Origin: a virus
DNA length: 64,000 bases
Reading direction: 5' to 3' (one strand)
Virus record (IMG/VR): IMGVR_UViG_3300045125_000165
Below are positions 63,834 to 64,000 of this stretch, piece by piece. How positions within the stretch are numbered: position 1 is the first letter of the stretch; the number at the start of each line of letters is the position of its first letter. Both the position numbers and the translations under genes were made by a program. The notes under the pieces are model-generated. The model had not been told where the DNA came from. It did no database searches and saw only the letters and a list, made by a program, of their open reading frames with translations.

Positions 63834-64000
63834 GGGTTATGCAAATGACCATAACCACTGAAAATCCTACTGGTTCAAAGCCAAATCCCTCCCCAGAAAC
63901 CACGCCTAACCAGATTCCATCGGTTCCAGCCTATGACTTTTCTTGGTTAGACGACCTTGACTCTGATGATACGGAAGAACCAAAAGAGGCGATCTCCGAT

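Larger units (their letters stand above)
1..64000. repeat. HIP1 (highly iterated palindrome GCGATCGC) dispersed throughout
   Basis: About 3-4 copies per kb by manual count in the first 10 kb, versus under 1 expected by chance in the whole window. This is an established cyanobacterial genome signature. Confidence 0.97.

Noticed and set aside
1-64000. HIP1 as a novel repeat; att sites or integrase
   Set aside because: HIP1 is well known in cyanobacteria. No integrase or att core was recognised, so prophage versus free phage cannot be decided here.

Overview
The whole window is part of a large cyanobacterial siphovirus-type phage or prophage. The host is inferred from dense HIP1 (GCGATCGC) sites, roughly 3-4 per kb by manual count in the first 10 kb. 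It encodes antirepressor-type and HTH regulators, a DUF4942-type DNA methyltransferase, two ParB-like proteins, an HGGxSTG protein (probable TerS), an SF2 helicase, Gp37/Gp68, a tRNA-fMet variant, a 130-nt tRNA-like RNA, a PAS-EAL c-di-GMP phosphodiesterase, major capsid, scaffold, tail tube, minor tail proteins, a ~5-kb tape measure, Dps, TerL, a PcfJ-like protein and an IS200/IS605 element (tnpA+tnpB). No integrase, portal or endolysin was recognised. Dozens of genes are split by single-base frameshifts, which look like uncorrected long-read indels, so the merged gene calls are my reconstructions. Highlights: (1) a 7-copy structured 5' leader (-10 hexamer, covarying hairpin/pseudoknot, near-invariant GAGUGCCUUUCGUGGG box) placed only in front of morphogenesis genes; (2) two inteins whose endonucleases are separate nested genes, one in the +1 frame (DUF559) and one on the antisense strand (HNH); (3) a 23-bp palindromic operator at more than 20 sites, nearly all intergenic; (4) the tRNA-like RNA, a (GGNNN)18 array between a promoter and a perfect hairpin, and the phage-borne PAS-EAL enzyme.
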